Shown piece after piece: positions 6,911 to 16,547 of a DNA stretch of 23,148 nucleotides. This DNA is from an uncultured Gemmatimonadota bacterium (lineage in GTDB: Bacteria > SM23-81). Under the pieces are notes generated by a model. That model had not been told where the DNA came from. It ran no database searches and was given only the letters and a program-made list of their open reading frames with translations. Positions within the stretch are counted from its first letter, which is position 1. Each line of letters opens with the position of its first letter. Location of the stretch: NCBI GenBank assembly GCA_964584035.1, contig CAZOYL010000021.1, positions 1 through 23,148 on the forward strand, in the 5' to 3' direction. The position numbers and the translations under genes are program-made.

Positions 6911-7960
6911 CTATAGCCCTGCGGCCGAGAACGATACTCGCTCGCCCTCTTTCAGGCCGAACTGGCCCTCAACGATAACCCGATCCTGAACAGTCAGGCC
7001 CTCACGTATCTCTATGTGGCCATCCTGCACCGTCCCGGAGATAACCTCCCGCTTGACGGCCTGGCTGTCCTTCACCACGAAGACATACTCCAGCCCCATA
7101 TCTCTGATGACGGCTTTCTGGGGGACGGTGAGAACGGCCTGGCGCCGATCCACGACCAGATCGATGTCGGTCAGCATGCCCGGCTTGAGGAGACCTTCGG
7201 AATTCGCCGCCGAGATCTCCACTTCCAGGGTCCGGCTGTGACGATCGATGTCCAGTCCGACCCGCGTGACCGTTCCTCGAAATATACGATCCGAATAGGT
7301 TTCTACATTTATCCGAGCCTCCTGTCCCACGGTCACTCGCGGCACCTCCGATTCCGGAATGCCGATGATGGCCTTCACCGTATCTATCTTGACCAGCCGG
7401 TAGACCGCGGGTCCGCCCATCATAGCGTTAAAATATTCGCCCACCTCGCCGTTCTTCTCCGCCACCGAACCGCTGAAAGGAGCGATCACGGTGCTGTTCT
7501 TGAGCGCCTCTTGAGCCATCACATAGCCTGCCCGGGCGACCTTGGCGGCCACTCGGGCTGATTCCAGACGGTCATCGGAGACGATCTCCTGGGTATGGAG
7601 ACGTTCGATCCGGTCGAGGTCGGCCTGAGCTTTCTGGTCAGCCGCCTCGGCCTGTTCCAGTTGAGCGCGGATCTCCTCCTGCTGCAGGCGCGCCATGACC
7701 GCACCTTTCCTGACCCTTTCCCCCACCTGGTAGTTGAAAGCGGCGATACGCCCACTGTAGTTAAAATCCAGCCTGGCCTCTTTGTCGGCCCGCAGCTCGC
7801 CGATAAATTGGAGCACATCCTCGACCTCGGTCTGCACCGGCCGGGTGACCTGAACGGAGATCTCCTCCCGGGCATCCTGTTCCTGTCCCCGTGGACCACA
7901 GCCATGAACCATGGCCGCCAGCATCAGTAACAGTATCGGATATGATCGAATACGATTCAT
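6911..7960 (-). CDS. RND periplasmic adaptor (membrane fusion protein), probable lipoprotein
   Basis: Lipoyl-like SGRI...GERVRKG and IAPFSG, a coiled-coil hairpin, LKPGM and VIVEGQ. Start set at ATG 7960 (SD AGGGAG). Signal peptide MNRIRSYPILLLMLAAMVHG-C has a lipobox-like end. Confidence 0.93.
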   Translation of the reverse strand: MNRIRSYPILLLMLAAMVHGCGPRGQEQDAREEISVQVTRPVQTEVEDVLQFIGELRADKEARLDFNYSGRIAAFNYQVGERVRKGAVMARLQQEEIRAQLEQAEAADQKAQADLDRIERLHTQEIVSDDRLESARVAAKVARAGYVMAQEALKNSTVIAPFSGSVAEKNGEVGEYFNAMMGGPAVYRLVKIDTVKAIIGIPESEVPRVTVGQEARINVETYSDRIFRGTVTRVGLDIDRHSRTLEVEISAANSEGLLKPGMLTDIDLVVDRRQAVLTVPQKAVIRDMGLEYVFVVKDSQAVKREVISGTVQDGHIEIREGLTVQDRVIVEGQFGLKEGERVSFSAAGL

Positions 7961-7980
7961 GCTCGTTTTCTCCCTGGTTA

Positions 7981-9330
7981 TCAATCCGGTTCGAAGATTC
8001 CACCCATCAAATGATCCAGCTTCGCTTGTGCCACATACATCTGGTATCGGGTCCTGGCGTCGTTGACCCGTGCCTCGGTCAGGGTCAACTGGGCGTCGAT
8101 CTCATCGACCTGAGAGGATAGTCCCTCCCGGTAGCTGGCTGTCGTCACCCGGTAGTTCTCTTCAGCGCTGGCCAGGGCCTCCCCGGCGAATTCCAGCCCC
8201 TGACGAGCCTCTTCCATTTCCAGGTAAGCCCCGGTAACCTGAAGGACCAGCGCGTCCCGGTAGGATTCCAGCTCGTACTGCATCTGACGGTGGCTGGCTT
8301 TGCTCTGCTGATACCGGGCCAGATGACGTCCGCTGGTGAAAATATCCCAGTTGGCCACCCCCATGACCATCCAGAAATCGTTGTCCGGATCGAACCGATA
8401 GGCATCCTCATGCCAGCCATAGTCGAAAACCAGGTTCACCTTGGGCAGAAAACCGCTGCGGGAGAGGTGGAGCGATTTCCCGGCTGCCCGGACGTGTTCC
8501 TGAAAACTCATCAGGCCGGGATTACGTTCCTTGGCCCGTTGAAGATAGTCCTCCAGCGAGAGGTCCAGTGTATGAAACTCTCCGGGCTCCTCCACCAGAA
8601 CCGCCTCATCAAGATCCCGGGCCAGCAGACTGTTTAACGATCTGTGAAGCATCTTCAGGGCATTCTCGGCCCGAAGCCGGTCCTGCAGTGTAGAGCTGAG
8701 CAGAACATCGGCCCGGAGGGTCTCGGCCCGTTCGACCAGCCCGGCGTTATAGAGCGCCCGGGCGATGCGGACATGTTCCCGTGAGAGGTCGACGGCCTCC
8801 TCCATGGCCTGGAGCATCTTCTCCGCCTCAAGGATCCCATAATAGGTTTCCTGTACCCGCAGAGCGATCTCGTTGCGCTTGGCCTGAAGCTCATGTCTCA
8901 CGGCACGCCTCTCCGCCCGAGCCATGCCCAACTGCCCCCACAGGGCGCCCCCTTGAAAGATAGGCTGAACCACCTCTACTTTGGTATCATGGGACTCTTC
9001 CTCGATGAAACCCGTCTTTATGCTGGCCTCGTAGAGGATCTCCCCGGTGGTCAGGTCGGCCCTGGTGGCGATGGGAAAATCAAACGTCCGGCCGCCCTCG
9101 GCTCTGGTGTAGGTGCTCGACAGGCTGACGGACGGAAGAAAATTGCCCGCCGATTCCATCAGGCCGTAGCCGGCGACCCGCTCCTTTTGCTCCAGGGCGC
9201 GGATTTCCCCGTTCCCCTCCAGAGCGATCTCGATGCTCTCCTGTAAGGTCAACCCTCCGGCCGAGGTCCATCCCGATAGTATCGTTAAGAAACATGCCAA
9301 CGGCAACCATAGGGTGTTGTGTCGTTTCAA
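7981..9330 (-). CDS. TolC-family outer-membrane efflux channel
   Basis: 449 aa. Signal peptide, LTLQESIEIAL, duplicated FLPxVxL and QPIFQGG/WDIFTSG motifs, and YNAG/YREG repeats. TTG start with SD AGAGG. Confidence 0.93.
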   Translation of the reverse strand: MKRHNTLWLPLACFLTILSGWTSAGGLTLQESIEIALEGNGEIRALEQKERVAGYGLMESAGNFLPSVSLSSTYTRAEGGRTFDFPIATRADLTTGEILYEASIKTGFIEEESHDTKVEVVQPIFQGGALWGQLGMARAERRAVRHELQAKRNEIALRVQETYYGILEAEKMLQAMEEAVDLSREHVRIARALYNAGLVERAETLRADVLLSSTLQDRLRAENALKMLHRSLNSLLARDLDEAVLVEEPGEFHTLDLSLEDYLQRAKERNPGLMSFQEHVRAAGKSLHLSRSGFLPKVNLVFDYGWHEDAYRFDPDNDFWMVMGVANWDIFTSGRHLARYQQSKASHRQMQYELESYRDALVLQVTGAYLEMEEARQGLEFAGEALASAEENYRVTTASYREGLSSQVDEIDAQLTLTEARVNDARTRYQMYVAQAKLDHLMGGIFEPD

Positions 9331-9373
9331 CGCAGACCTCTCTTTCTCCGTGGCGGAATATCATTTCTTCGTT

Positions 9374-9952
9374 TCACGACTGGTCTTTCTCTCTCTCCTG
9401 CGGCTTGATCAGGTTGCTCCAGGTCTTCCCTCGTTTCATGTTTTCATGCAGGTGTTCGAGATGCTCGATCTCCAGCCGGATGTGTTCCAGTCCGTTCCTG
9501 ATCAGGTACAACCAGTTGAACGGTATCTTCCCCTGGTAGGCTGTCAGGTCTTTATGCAAACGTTCGGCGTGCTTTTGCAATATATCCACCTTCTCCGCCA
9601 GACAGGCTTCGACCTTCTCTTTCTGGAGACCGTACATGAAAGCGATGCCGACCGAAAAGTTGTCTTCGGGAGTCTTTTCAGAGACCAGAGCCTTCTCCAC
9701 CAGACGGGCCAGCTGTCGTTCCCCCTTGGGCGTGAGCTGAAAGACTGTCCGTTCGGGCATCTTGCCGACCTTTTCGTGATGGGCGGTGATGCAGCCCCTG
9801 TCTTCCAGCCGGTTCAGCGTATAGTAGATCGACGCCAGGCTCACGCGGGCCCAGTGATTCAGTTCCCGAAGTTCGATCTGGTGTTTGATCTGGTAGCCAT
9901 ACATGGGCTGCTCTTTGAGGAGACCCAGCACGACCAGGTCGTTTTTGGTCAT
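9374..9952 (-). CDS. PadR-family transcriptional regulator with C-terminal helical extension
   Basis: LVVLGLLKEQPMYGYQI, SIYYTLNRLEDRG and FQLTPKG winged helix. Start set at ATG 9952 behind GGAGG; 192 aa. First gene of the efflux operon. Confidence 0.93.
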   Translation of the reverse strand: MTKNDLVVLGLLKEQPMYGYQIKHQIELRELNHWARVSLASIYYTLNRLEDRGCITAHHEKVGKMPERTVFQLTPKGERQLARLVEKALVSEKTPEDNFSVGIAFMYGLQKEKVEACLAEKVDILQKHAERLHKDLTAYQGKIPFNWLYLIRNGLEHIRLEIEHLEHLHENMKRGKTWSNLIKPQEREKDQS

Positions 9953-9985
9953 CTCTCCTCCCGGAGGATACACGATCAAAGCATT

Positions 9986-10034
9986 CTATTTATTAAGATA
10001 CTATTATAATCCAGAATAGTCTCATATAAAATAG
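9986..10034. promoter_or_regulatory. putative PadR operator: long imperfect palindrome with four CTATT/AATAG half-sites
   Basis: CTATT at 9986 and 10001, AATAG at 10015 and 10030, symmetric about 10010. 16 of 20 positions in 9986-10005 pair with 10034-10015. Confidence 0.6.
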
Positions 10035-10056
10035 TAAGCCTTCTTCTTCCGGTCAA
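10028..10056 (-). promoter_or_regulatory. sigma70-type promoter for padR-tolC-MFP-RND
   Basis: Minus strand TTGACC (10056-10051), 17-nt spacer, TATTTT (10033-10028). The -10 matches that of the tsaA promoter. Confidence 0.6.
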
Positions 10057-10146
10057 GCGATATTTCCTCCGCCCGGCCGATTTTTTCCTCTTCTCAAGAT
10101 TCCTGCCCGCTCAGAGAGCTGCGCAGACCCGATCTCATACGGTGAT

Positions 10147-10177
10147 AAAAAAGGGGAGCCATGCTCAACGGCTCCCC
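10147..10177 (-). terminator. intrinsic terminator of clpB
   Basis: Minus strand GGGGAGCC-gttgagcat-GGCTCCCC followed by TTTTTT, about 30 nt after the clpB stop. Confidence 0.9.
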
Positions 10178-10205
10178 GATTTCACAGCGTTGATCGGTTT
10201 CAGCG

Positions 10206-12827
10206 TCAGCCCGAGCTTATCGTCTCCGGGGTTTCATTCACCTTTCGGAAGGACAGTTTCTGTCCCTGGCCATCGACATCCACCTTCACTTCATCGCCCT
10301 CCCGGTATCGTCCCTCCAGCATCTCCATGGCCAGGGGATCTTCGATGCGTCGCTGGATCACACGCTTCAACGGGCGTGCGCCGAAGTTGGGATCATAACC
10401 CTCTTTGGCCACCAGAGCCCTCGCCGCCGGGGTAAGCTGTATCTTGATTTTCCTCTCGGCCAGCCTGTCTTGCAGGTGATTCACCTGAATCGCCACGATC
10501 TTCTCAATCTGTTTTTCGCTCAGGGTATGGAAGATAATCAGCTCATCTATGCGGTTGAGAAATTCCGGCCGAAATTTATCCCTCAATGCCTCGGCAATGC
10601 GCTGGCGCATCTCATTCTCATCCTTGGCGCCCAGATCGCGTATCCATTGACTGCCCACATTGGAAGTCATGATCACCACGGTATTCTTGAAATTGACCGT
10701 TCTTCCCTGACCGTCCGTCAGCCGGCCGTCATCCATGATCTGCAGCAGAAGATTGAACACATCTCCATGGGCTTTCTCGATCTCATCGAACAGAATGACC
10801 GAGTAGGGCCGGCGGCGGACCGCCTCGGTGAGATACCCTCCCTCTTCGTATCCCACATATCCGGGAGGCGCCCCGATCAGCCGGGCGACGCTGTGCCGCT
10901 CCTGGAATTCGGACATATCCACCCGGACCATGGCGTTCTCGTCGTCGAAAAGAAATTCGGCTAAGGCCCTGGCCAGCTCGGTTTTGCCCACTCCGGTGGG
11001 TCCCATAAAAATAAAGGACCCGATGGGACGGCCGGGATCACCCAGCCCTGCTCTGGCTCGACGCACGGCGTTGGATACGGCGACGATGGCCTCATCCTGT
11101 CCGATGACCCGCTCCCTGAGTCGCTGCTCCATTTTGACCAGTTTCTGAACTTCCCCCTCCAGCATTCGTGAGACGGGAATGCCGGTCCATTGGGAAACCA
11201 CCTCGGCGATGTCCTCCTCGTTGATCTCATCTTTCAGCATCCCGCCGTCGGTCTGCAGGGAACGGAGTTTTTCATCGACCTCCTTGAGCTCCTTCTCGAG
11301 CTGGGCCAGACGGCCGTATTTCAACTCGGAAGCTTGACCTAAGTCCCCGCGACGCTCTGCATCCTGTTCCTCTATCTTGGCGCTTTCGATCTTTTCCTTA
11401 ATCTCTCCCATCCGGGCGATGACGTTCTTCTCCGCCTGCCATTGGGTCTTCATTCGGCTGCTCTTCTCGCGTAGTTCGGCCTGCTCCGCTTCCAATTTCT
11501 GAAGCCTGGATTTGGCCTCTTTGTCTTTTTCCTTTTTCAAAGCCCTTCGCTCGATCTCCAGCTGTTTTATGCGACGCTCGACAGTGTCCAGCTCTACAGG
11601 CATGCTGTCGATCTCAATACGCAGCCGCGAGGCCGCCTCGTCGATCAAATCTACGGCTTTGTCCGGCAGGAATCTCTCCGATATATAACGATGCGACAGC
11701 GTAGCAGCGGCTACCAGAGCGGCATCGGTGATATGAACGCCGTGATGGACCTCGTAGCGCTCCTTCAGGCCGCGCAGGATGGCGACGGTATCCTCCACCG
11801 ATGGCTCTTCCACGTAAATGGGCTGGAATCTCCTCTCGAATGCGGCATCCTTCTCGATGTATTTTCGATACTCGTTCAGTGTGGTCGCGCCCACGGTACG
11901 CAGCTCTCCCCGGGCCAAAGCCGGCTTCAGCATATTCGAAGCATCGACGGCTCCCTCCGCTCCTCCGGCTCCGACCAGCGTATGCAGTTCATCGATGAAT
12001 AGAATGATCCCGCCCTGAGCGGCGATGATCTCTTTCAGAACAGCCTTGAGACGATCCTCGAACTCTCCGCGGAATTTCGCTCCGGCCACCAGAGCGCCGA
12101 CGTCCAGGGCCACCAGCCGCTTGTTCTTCAGCGATTCGGGCACGTCCCCATCGACGATCCTCTGGGCCAGTCCTTCCACGATGGCCGTTTTCCCGACGCC
12201 GGCATCTCCGATGAGTACCGGATTGTTTTTCGTTCGCCTGGAAAGTACCTGCATGATCCTGCGGATCTCAGTATCCCGCCCGATGACGGGATCCAATTTT
12301 CCGCTGCGCGCCAGATCGGTCAGGTCCCGGCTGAAACGATTGAGAGCCTGGTATTTCTCTTCCGGGTTCTGATCGGTAACCCGATGTGTTCCGCGGATAT
12401 CCACCAAAGCCTTGAGGATGGCATGTTGAGTGATACCCTGCTGACTGAGCATTTGGCCGACCTGCCCCTCGGCCTGAGAGAGCGCAAGGAGCAAATGCTC
12501 CGTGCTGACATATTCATCCTTCATCTGCTCGGCTGACCGTAAAGAGAGATCCAGTATCTTTTGTAGCTGGGGTGAGAGATAGACCTGGCCCTGGCCGGCT
12601 CCGCTGACCCGGGGAAGGGCCTCGACGGCATTCTCAAGGCGGTCTCGAAGAACCGGAAGATCGACGCCCAGCTTTTGGAGTATGGGCGCCACCACCGCCT
12701 CCGGCTGCTGAAGAAGCGACAGAAACAGATGCTCCGGTTCCAGCTGCTGATGGCCATGGCCTTCGGCGATCGTTCTGGCTGACTGTATCGAGTCCTGAGC
12801 CTTAACGGTGAACTTATCGAGTCTCAT
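10206..12827 (-). CDS. clpB: ATP-dependent disaggregase ClpB
   Basis: Two AAA+ modules ([28 protein letters not shown]), long coiled-coil middle domain, [13 protein letters not shown] and GARPLKR. Start set at ATG 12827 (MRLDKF) behind GGAGG; 873 aa. Confidence 0.97.
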   Translation of the reverse strand: MRLDKFTVKAQDSIQSARTIAEGHGHQQLEPEHLFLSLLQQPEAVVAPILQKLGVDLPVLRDRLENAVEALPRVSGAGQGQVYLSPQLQKILDLSLRSAEQMKDEYVSTEHLLLALSQAEGQVGQMLSQQGITQHAILKALVDIRGTHRVTDQNPEEKYQALNRFSRDLTDLARSGKLDPVIGRDTEIRRIMQVLSRRTKNNPVLIGDAGVGKTAIVEGLAQRIVDGDVPESLKNKRLVALDVGALVAGAKFRGEFEDRLKAVLKEIIAAQGGIILFIDELHTLVGAGGAEGAVDASNMLKPALARGELRTVGATTLNEYRKYIEKDAAFERRFQPIYVEEPSVEDTVAILRGLKERYEVHHGVHITDAALVAAATLSHRYISERFLPDKAVDLIDEAASRLRIEIDSMPVELDTVERRIKQLEIERRALKKEKDKEAKSRLQKLEAEQAELREKSSRMKTQWQAEKNVIARMGEIKEKIESAKIEEQDAERRGDLGQASELKYGRLAQLEKELKEVDEKLRSLQTDGGMLKDEINEEDIAEVVSQWTGIPVSRMLEGEVQKLVKMEQRLRERVIGQDEAIVAVSNAVRRARAGLGDPGRPIGSFIFMGPTGVGKTELARALAEFLFDDENAMVRVDMSEFQERHSVARLIGAPPGYVGYEEGGYLTEAVRRRPYSVILFDEIEKAHGDVFNLLLQIMDDGRLTDGQGRTVNFKNTVVIMTSNVGSQWIRDLGAKDENEMRQRIAEALRDKFRPEFLNRIDELIIFHTLSEKQIEKIVAIQVNHLQDRLAERKIKIQLTPAARALVAKEGYDPNFGARPLKRVIQRRIEDPLAMEMLEGRYREGDEVKVDVDGQGQKLSFRKVNETPETISSG

Positions 12828-12899
12828 GACCCTTCCTCCGAATCTCAAGTCAACGTCTTTGTTTCGATACCCATTGAAACAAATACCCGGCACCCGCAG

Positions 12900-12927
12900 A
12901 AAAGGGCAACACGCCGTGTTGCCCTTT
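12900..12927 (-). terminator. terminator hairpin at the end of the ribosomal superoperon
   Basis: Minus strand AAAGGGCAACAC-ggc-GTGTTGCCCTTTT, 30 nt after the rplQ stop. The U-tract is only four long. Confidence 0.75.
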
Positions 12928-12957
12928 AAATACCGGATCACTTGAGGACTGTGCCCC

Positions 12958-13539
12958 CTATTTTTTCTCAGAGGTCTTTTTCGATCGTTTTTTCTTTTTA
13001 GGCTGATCATCGGCAGATGCCGGCTGGGTCTCTTTGCTCTTGGTATCGGCGGCTTTTACCTTGGGCTGAGCCTTGGCGTTCGTCTTGGCCTTGGCTTTCG
13101 TCTTCTTCACGGCTGCCTTTTTTTTCTTCGATTCGGCGGATGTATCGGAAGATTTTTTCGCACCCTTCTTGGTCTCCGATTTGGTCTCGTCCAGGAGCTC
13201 AAGAAGCACCATGGGAGCGCAATCACCTAACCTGGGATCCAGTTTTGTGATCCGGGTGTACCCGCCCTGTCGATCTTGAAAACGTGGACCGATCTCATCG
13301 AAAAGCCGTTTGACGACCTCCCGATCACGGATAACTCGCAACGTCTGTCGCCGGGCGTGAAGATCTCCCTTCTTGGCGAAGGTGACCATTCTTTCAGCCA
13401 GGCGACGTCCTTCCTTCGCCTTGGCCTCGGTCGTCCGAATGCGCCCGTTTCGAAGCAGTGCCGTAACCAGGTTCGAGAGCATGGCCCGGCGATGGCTGGT
13501 ACTGCGTCCGAGGTGTTTCTTTTTAATGTTATGTCTCAT
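12958..13539 (-). CDS. rplQ: 50S ribosomal protein L17 with Lys-rich C-terminal tail
   Basis: [21 protein letters not shown]...[10 protein letters not shown]...GGYTRI. True start at ATG 13539; 193 aa. Confidence 0.97.
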   Translation of the reverse strand: MRHNIKKKHLGRSTSHRRAMLSNLVTALLRNGRIRTTEAKAKEGRRLAERMVTFAKKGDLHARRQTLRVIRDREVVKRLFDEIGPRFQDRQGGYTRITKLDPRLGDCAPMVLLELLDETKSETKKGAKKSSDTSAESKKKKAAVKKTKAKAKTNAKAQPKVKAADTKSKETQPASADDQPKKKKRSKKTSEKK

Positions 13540-13573
13540 CAGAATGCTCGTCCAAGAAAGATGGTGGGGAAGA

Positions 13574-14563
13574 TCACATGCCGTCGAGATAGGAATCCTT
13601 ATATCTCTGTACATCCATCCCGAAATGGAGACCCAGTTTCTCAAGTATTTCCTGAAGTTCCGACAGTGATTTGCGTCCAAAGTTACGATATTTGAGCATA
13701 TCGGCTTCTGATTTCTGTACCAGATCTTCCAGGGTCTTAATATCGGCGGCCTTCAGGCAGTTGCTGGACCGCACGGAAAGCTCCAACTCATCGACCTTCA
13801 TTTTCAGAAGATTCCGTATCCGGATGGTCTCCTCATCGACCTCCTCTTCCGGAGCCAACTCCGGTTCCTTCTCGAAAGTGATGAACAATTGGAGATGATC
13901 TTTGAGGATCTTGGCCGCAAAATTCAAAGCGTTCAGCGGGCTCAAACTGGCATCGGTGGTAATTTCCAAAATGAGCTTGTCGTAGTCTGTCCGCCGCCCC
14001 ACGCGGGTATTATCGACCGTATAATTGACCTTGGTGACCGGTGTAAAGATGGAATCTATGGGTATGGTTCCCAGCGGTTGATCGGTCCTTTTATTCTGTT
14101 CGTTGGTCACATACCCCCGGCCGCATCCGATGTCGATGTCGATATGTACCTTGCTGTTCTCCGTCAGGGTGAACAGATGATGGTCGGGATTGAGGATCTC
14201 GATGTCCGCATCGGTCTGAATGTCTCCAGCCTTTATCTCACCCTTCTTATCCACATCCATGACCACACGTTTGTAACGATCGGCATGGAGCTTCATGCGG
14301 ATCTCTTTAAAATTGAGGACAATCTCGGTGACATCCTCGACCACGCCGGGAATAGTATCGAACTCATGCATGACCCCTTCGATGCGAATGGCCGTGACGG
14401 CCGCTCCCTGAAGGGCGGAGAGCAGAACCCGACGCAGAGCATTTCCCAGGGTCACACCGAATCCCTGCTCCAGGGGCTCGATGATGAACTGGCCCTTCGT
14501 CTCCGTGGCGGTTTCTTCATTCAGCTCCACGCCTTTCGGCATCTGAAGACTTCTCCATATCAT
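13574..14563 (-). CDS. rpoA: RNA polymerase subunit alpha
   Basis: [33 protein letters not shown], and the alpha-[14 protein letters not shown]...NFGRKSL. Confidence 0.99.
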   Translation of the reverse strand: MIWRSLQMPKGVELNEETATETKGQFIIEPLEQGFGVTLGNALRRVLLSALQGAAVTAIRIEGVMHEFDTIPGVVEDVTEIVLNFKEIRMKLHADRYKRVVMDVDKKGEIKAGDIQTDADIEILNPDHHLFTLTENSKVHIDIDIGCGRGYVTNEQNKRTDQPLGTIPIDSIFTPVTKVNYTVDNTRVGRRTDYDKLILEITTDASLSPLNALNFAAKILKDHLQLFITFEKEPELAPEEEVDEETIRIRNLLKMKVDELELSVRSSNCLKAADIKTLEDLVQKSEADMLKYRNFGRKSLSELQEILEKLGLHFGMDVQRYKDSYLDGM

Positions 14564-14643
14564 GCGATTAACGCCCCCTAGTTCTTCTGGCGGCCCCTTC
14601 GGATCCCGTCGATAACTGTGAGAAAAAGGGCCTGGTCAAAGAT

Positions 14644-15273
14644 CTACTTAGAATAGAGCACGACGATTAACTGTTCATCGATCGGCAAGGCGATGTCTTC
14701 TCGGGTGGGGAGCTGTAGCACCTCTCCCTGAAGTTTGACCTTGTCGATTCGCAGCCACGGTAATTCCGGCCGCCGGCCTGCATCCTTGAGAGAATCATGT
14801 ATCATGGCTAAATTGCGGCTTTTCTCGCAAATCGCAATGATGTCGCCGGTGCTGGCCAGAAAGGAGGGAATGTTCACATTGCGGCCGTCAACCTGAACGT
14901 GGCCATGCCGGATCAACTGACGAGCGGCCTTTCTGGAGGGTGCAAACCCAAGGCGATAGACGACGTTGTCGAGCCTTCTCTCCAGCAGGCGGAGGAGGTT
15001 CTCTCCCGTAATGCCCTTCTCCCTGGTGGCCTTCTCATAATAGCCTCGGAACTGTCTCTCCATGATGCCATAGGTGCGGCGGGCCTTCTGTTTCTCCCTC
15101 AGCTGCAGACCATAATCGGAGACCTTCCGGCGCATCCGCCGGCTGCGTTGACCGGGCGCATAATCCCTCCTCTCGAAGGAACATTTATCGGAAAAACACC
15201 GCCGGCCTTTCAGAAACAGTTTGGCCCCTTCTCGACGACACAGTCGGCAATTCGCGGCTGTGTACCTGGCCAT
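14644..15273 (-). CDS. rpsD: 30S ribosomal protein S4 (four-Cys form)
   Basis: MARYT...[16 protein letters not shown]...KC, QLREKQK and [15 protein letters not shown]. Confidence 0.99.
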   Translation of the reverse strand: MARYTAANCRLCRREGAKLFLKGRRCFSDKCSFERRDYAPGQRSRRMRRKVSDYGLQLREKQKARRTYGIMERQFRGYYEKATREKGITGENLLRLLERRLDNVVYRLGFAPSRKAARQLIRHGHVQVDGRNVNIPSFLASTGDIIAICEKSRNLAMIHDSLKDAGRRPELPWLRIDKVKLQGEVLQLPTREDIALPIDEQLIVVLYSK

Positions 15274-15313
15274 ATTTCCTCCTTACTGAGTCAAACCTCT
15301 GATAGCAACTTTT

Positions 15314-15700
15314 TCAAACACGCCGGCGCTTTGGCGGGCGACAGCCGTTATGCGGGATCGGGGTGACATCTTTGATGGCCTCGATTTCCAGGCCGGCAGC
15401 CTGCAGGGATCGAATGGCTGCTTCCCGTCCGGACCCCGGCCCCTTTACCCAGATCTCAACCTTCCTCAATCCCAGATCCATAGCCTGTTTTGCAGCGGCC
15501 TCGGCGGCTAACTGAGCGGCAAAGGGAGTGCTTTTTCGAGATCCCTTGTAACCGATGGTCCCCGATGAAGACCATGAGATCACGTTTCCCTTCTTATCCG
15601 TCAGGGTCACCAGCGTATTATTGAAAGTGGCCTTGATGTGAGCGACGCCAAAGGCATCCACCTTCTCTTTGCGCTTTGCCGTCTTTCTCCTTTGAGCCAA
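15314..15700 (-). CDS. rpsK: 30S ribosomal protein S11
   Basis: [20 protein letters not shown] and [21 protein letters not shown] start, SD GGAGG. Confidence 0.99.
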   Translation of the reverse strand: MAQRRKTAKRKEKVDAFGVAHIKATFNNTLVTLTDKKGNVISWSSSGTIGYKGSRKSTPFAAQLAAEAAAKQAMDLGLRKVEIWVKGPGSGREAAIRSLQAAGLEIEAIKDVTPIPHNGCRPPKRRRV

Positions 15701-15745
15701 TGAAATACCTCCCGGAAAAATGTACCGACATTCCTGTGAAAGGCT

Positions 15746-16117
15746 TTATTTCTTGCGCTTCGCACCGATGGTCCGCCTCGGGCCCTTTCGCGTCCGGGCG
15801 TTGGTACTGGTACGCTGCCCGCGAACCGGGAGCCCTCGGCGATGCCGGAGACCACGATAACATCCAATCTCCATCAGACGCTTGATATTCATGGCCACCT
15901 CACCCCGGAGACTCCCCTCCACTTTGAAGTCCGACTCGATCTTGGACCTGAGCAGGGCGACTTCCTCCTCGGTCAGCTTGTGAACGCGAGTCTCTGGGTT
16001 TACACCGGTGGTCTTCAATATCTTTCTCGCTGAGGACTGGCCGATTCCGTAAATATAGGTGAGCGCGACCTCCACCCGCTTGTTTTTTGGCAAATCAACG
16101 CCGGCTATTCTCGCCAA
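15746..16117 (-). CDS. rpsM: 30S ribosomal protein S13
   Basis: [10 protein letters not shown]...[20 protein letters not shown] start, SD AAGGAGG. Confidence 0.99.
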   Translation of the reverse strand: MARIAGVDLPKNKRVEVALTYIYGIGQSSARKILKTTGVNPETRVHKLTEEEVALLRSKIESDFKVEGSLRGEVAMNIKRLMEIGCYRGLRHRRGLPVRGQRTSTNARTRKGPRRTIGAKRKK

Positions 16118-16155
16118 GCCTACCTCCTTGCTGGCGCAAACAATCAGCCCAGTTT

Positions 16156-16269
16156 TTAACCCTGTCTTTGTTTGTGACGGGGATTCCGGCAGATGACGTA
16201 CAGAACACCTTTCCGCCGAACGAGCTTACAATGCTCACAGATTTTTTTTACTGACGCCCGTACCTTCAT
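16156..16269 (-). CDS. rpmJ: 50S ribosomal protein L36 (zinc-ribbon form); too short for the ORF track
   Basis: Manual translation [37 protein letters not shown] (37 aa). SD AAGGGAG. Confidence 0.98.
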   Translation of the reverse strand: MKVRASVKKICEHCKLVRRKGVLYVICRNPRHKQRQG

Positions 16270-16324
16270 ATTCAACACTCCCTTGCCGAATCAGAGAACG
16301 GCTCCTCCAGATGGCGGCGCGGCC

Positions 16325-16543
16325 CTATTTATAGCGATAGACGATCCGGCCGCGAGTCAGATCATAGGGAGAAAGTTCTACGGTTACTCTGTCTCCGGGC
16401 AAAATTTTGATGAAGTGCATCCGCATTTTACCCGAGATGTGGGCCAGAATGCGATGACCGTTTTCCAATTCCACCCGGAACATGGCGTTGGGGAGCTGTT
16501 CCACCACTACGCCCTCGGCCTGTACCGTTTCCTCTTTCGCCAT
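16325..16543 (-). CDS. infA: translation initiation factor IF-1
   Basis: [11 protein letters not shown]...[24 protein letters not shown]...GRIVYRYK, 72 aa from ATG 16543. Confidence 0.99.
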   Translation of the reverse strand: MAKEETVQAEGVVVEQLPNAMFRVELENGHRILAHISGKMRMHFIKILPGDRVTVELSPYDLTRGRIVYRYK

Positions 16544-16547
16544 GATG

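Noticed and set aside
3754..7930. Long plus-strand ORFs opposite the RND and MFP genes
   Set aside because: Typical antisense open frames caused by codon bias in GC-rich genes.
12828..12852. HAIR (HspR) operator or RNA thermometer at the clpB SD
   Set aside because: Only one imperfect half-site (CTTGAGA) with no partner 7 nt away, and pairing around the SD is weak.
12828..13010. 61-aa N-terminal extension of ClpB in the ORF track
   Set aside because: It overlaps rplQ and the terminator. The homologous start MRLDKF has its own GGAGG.
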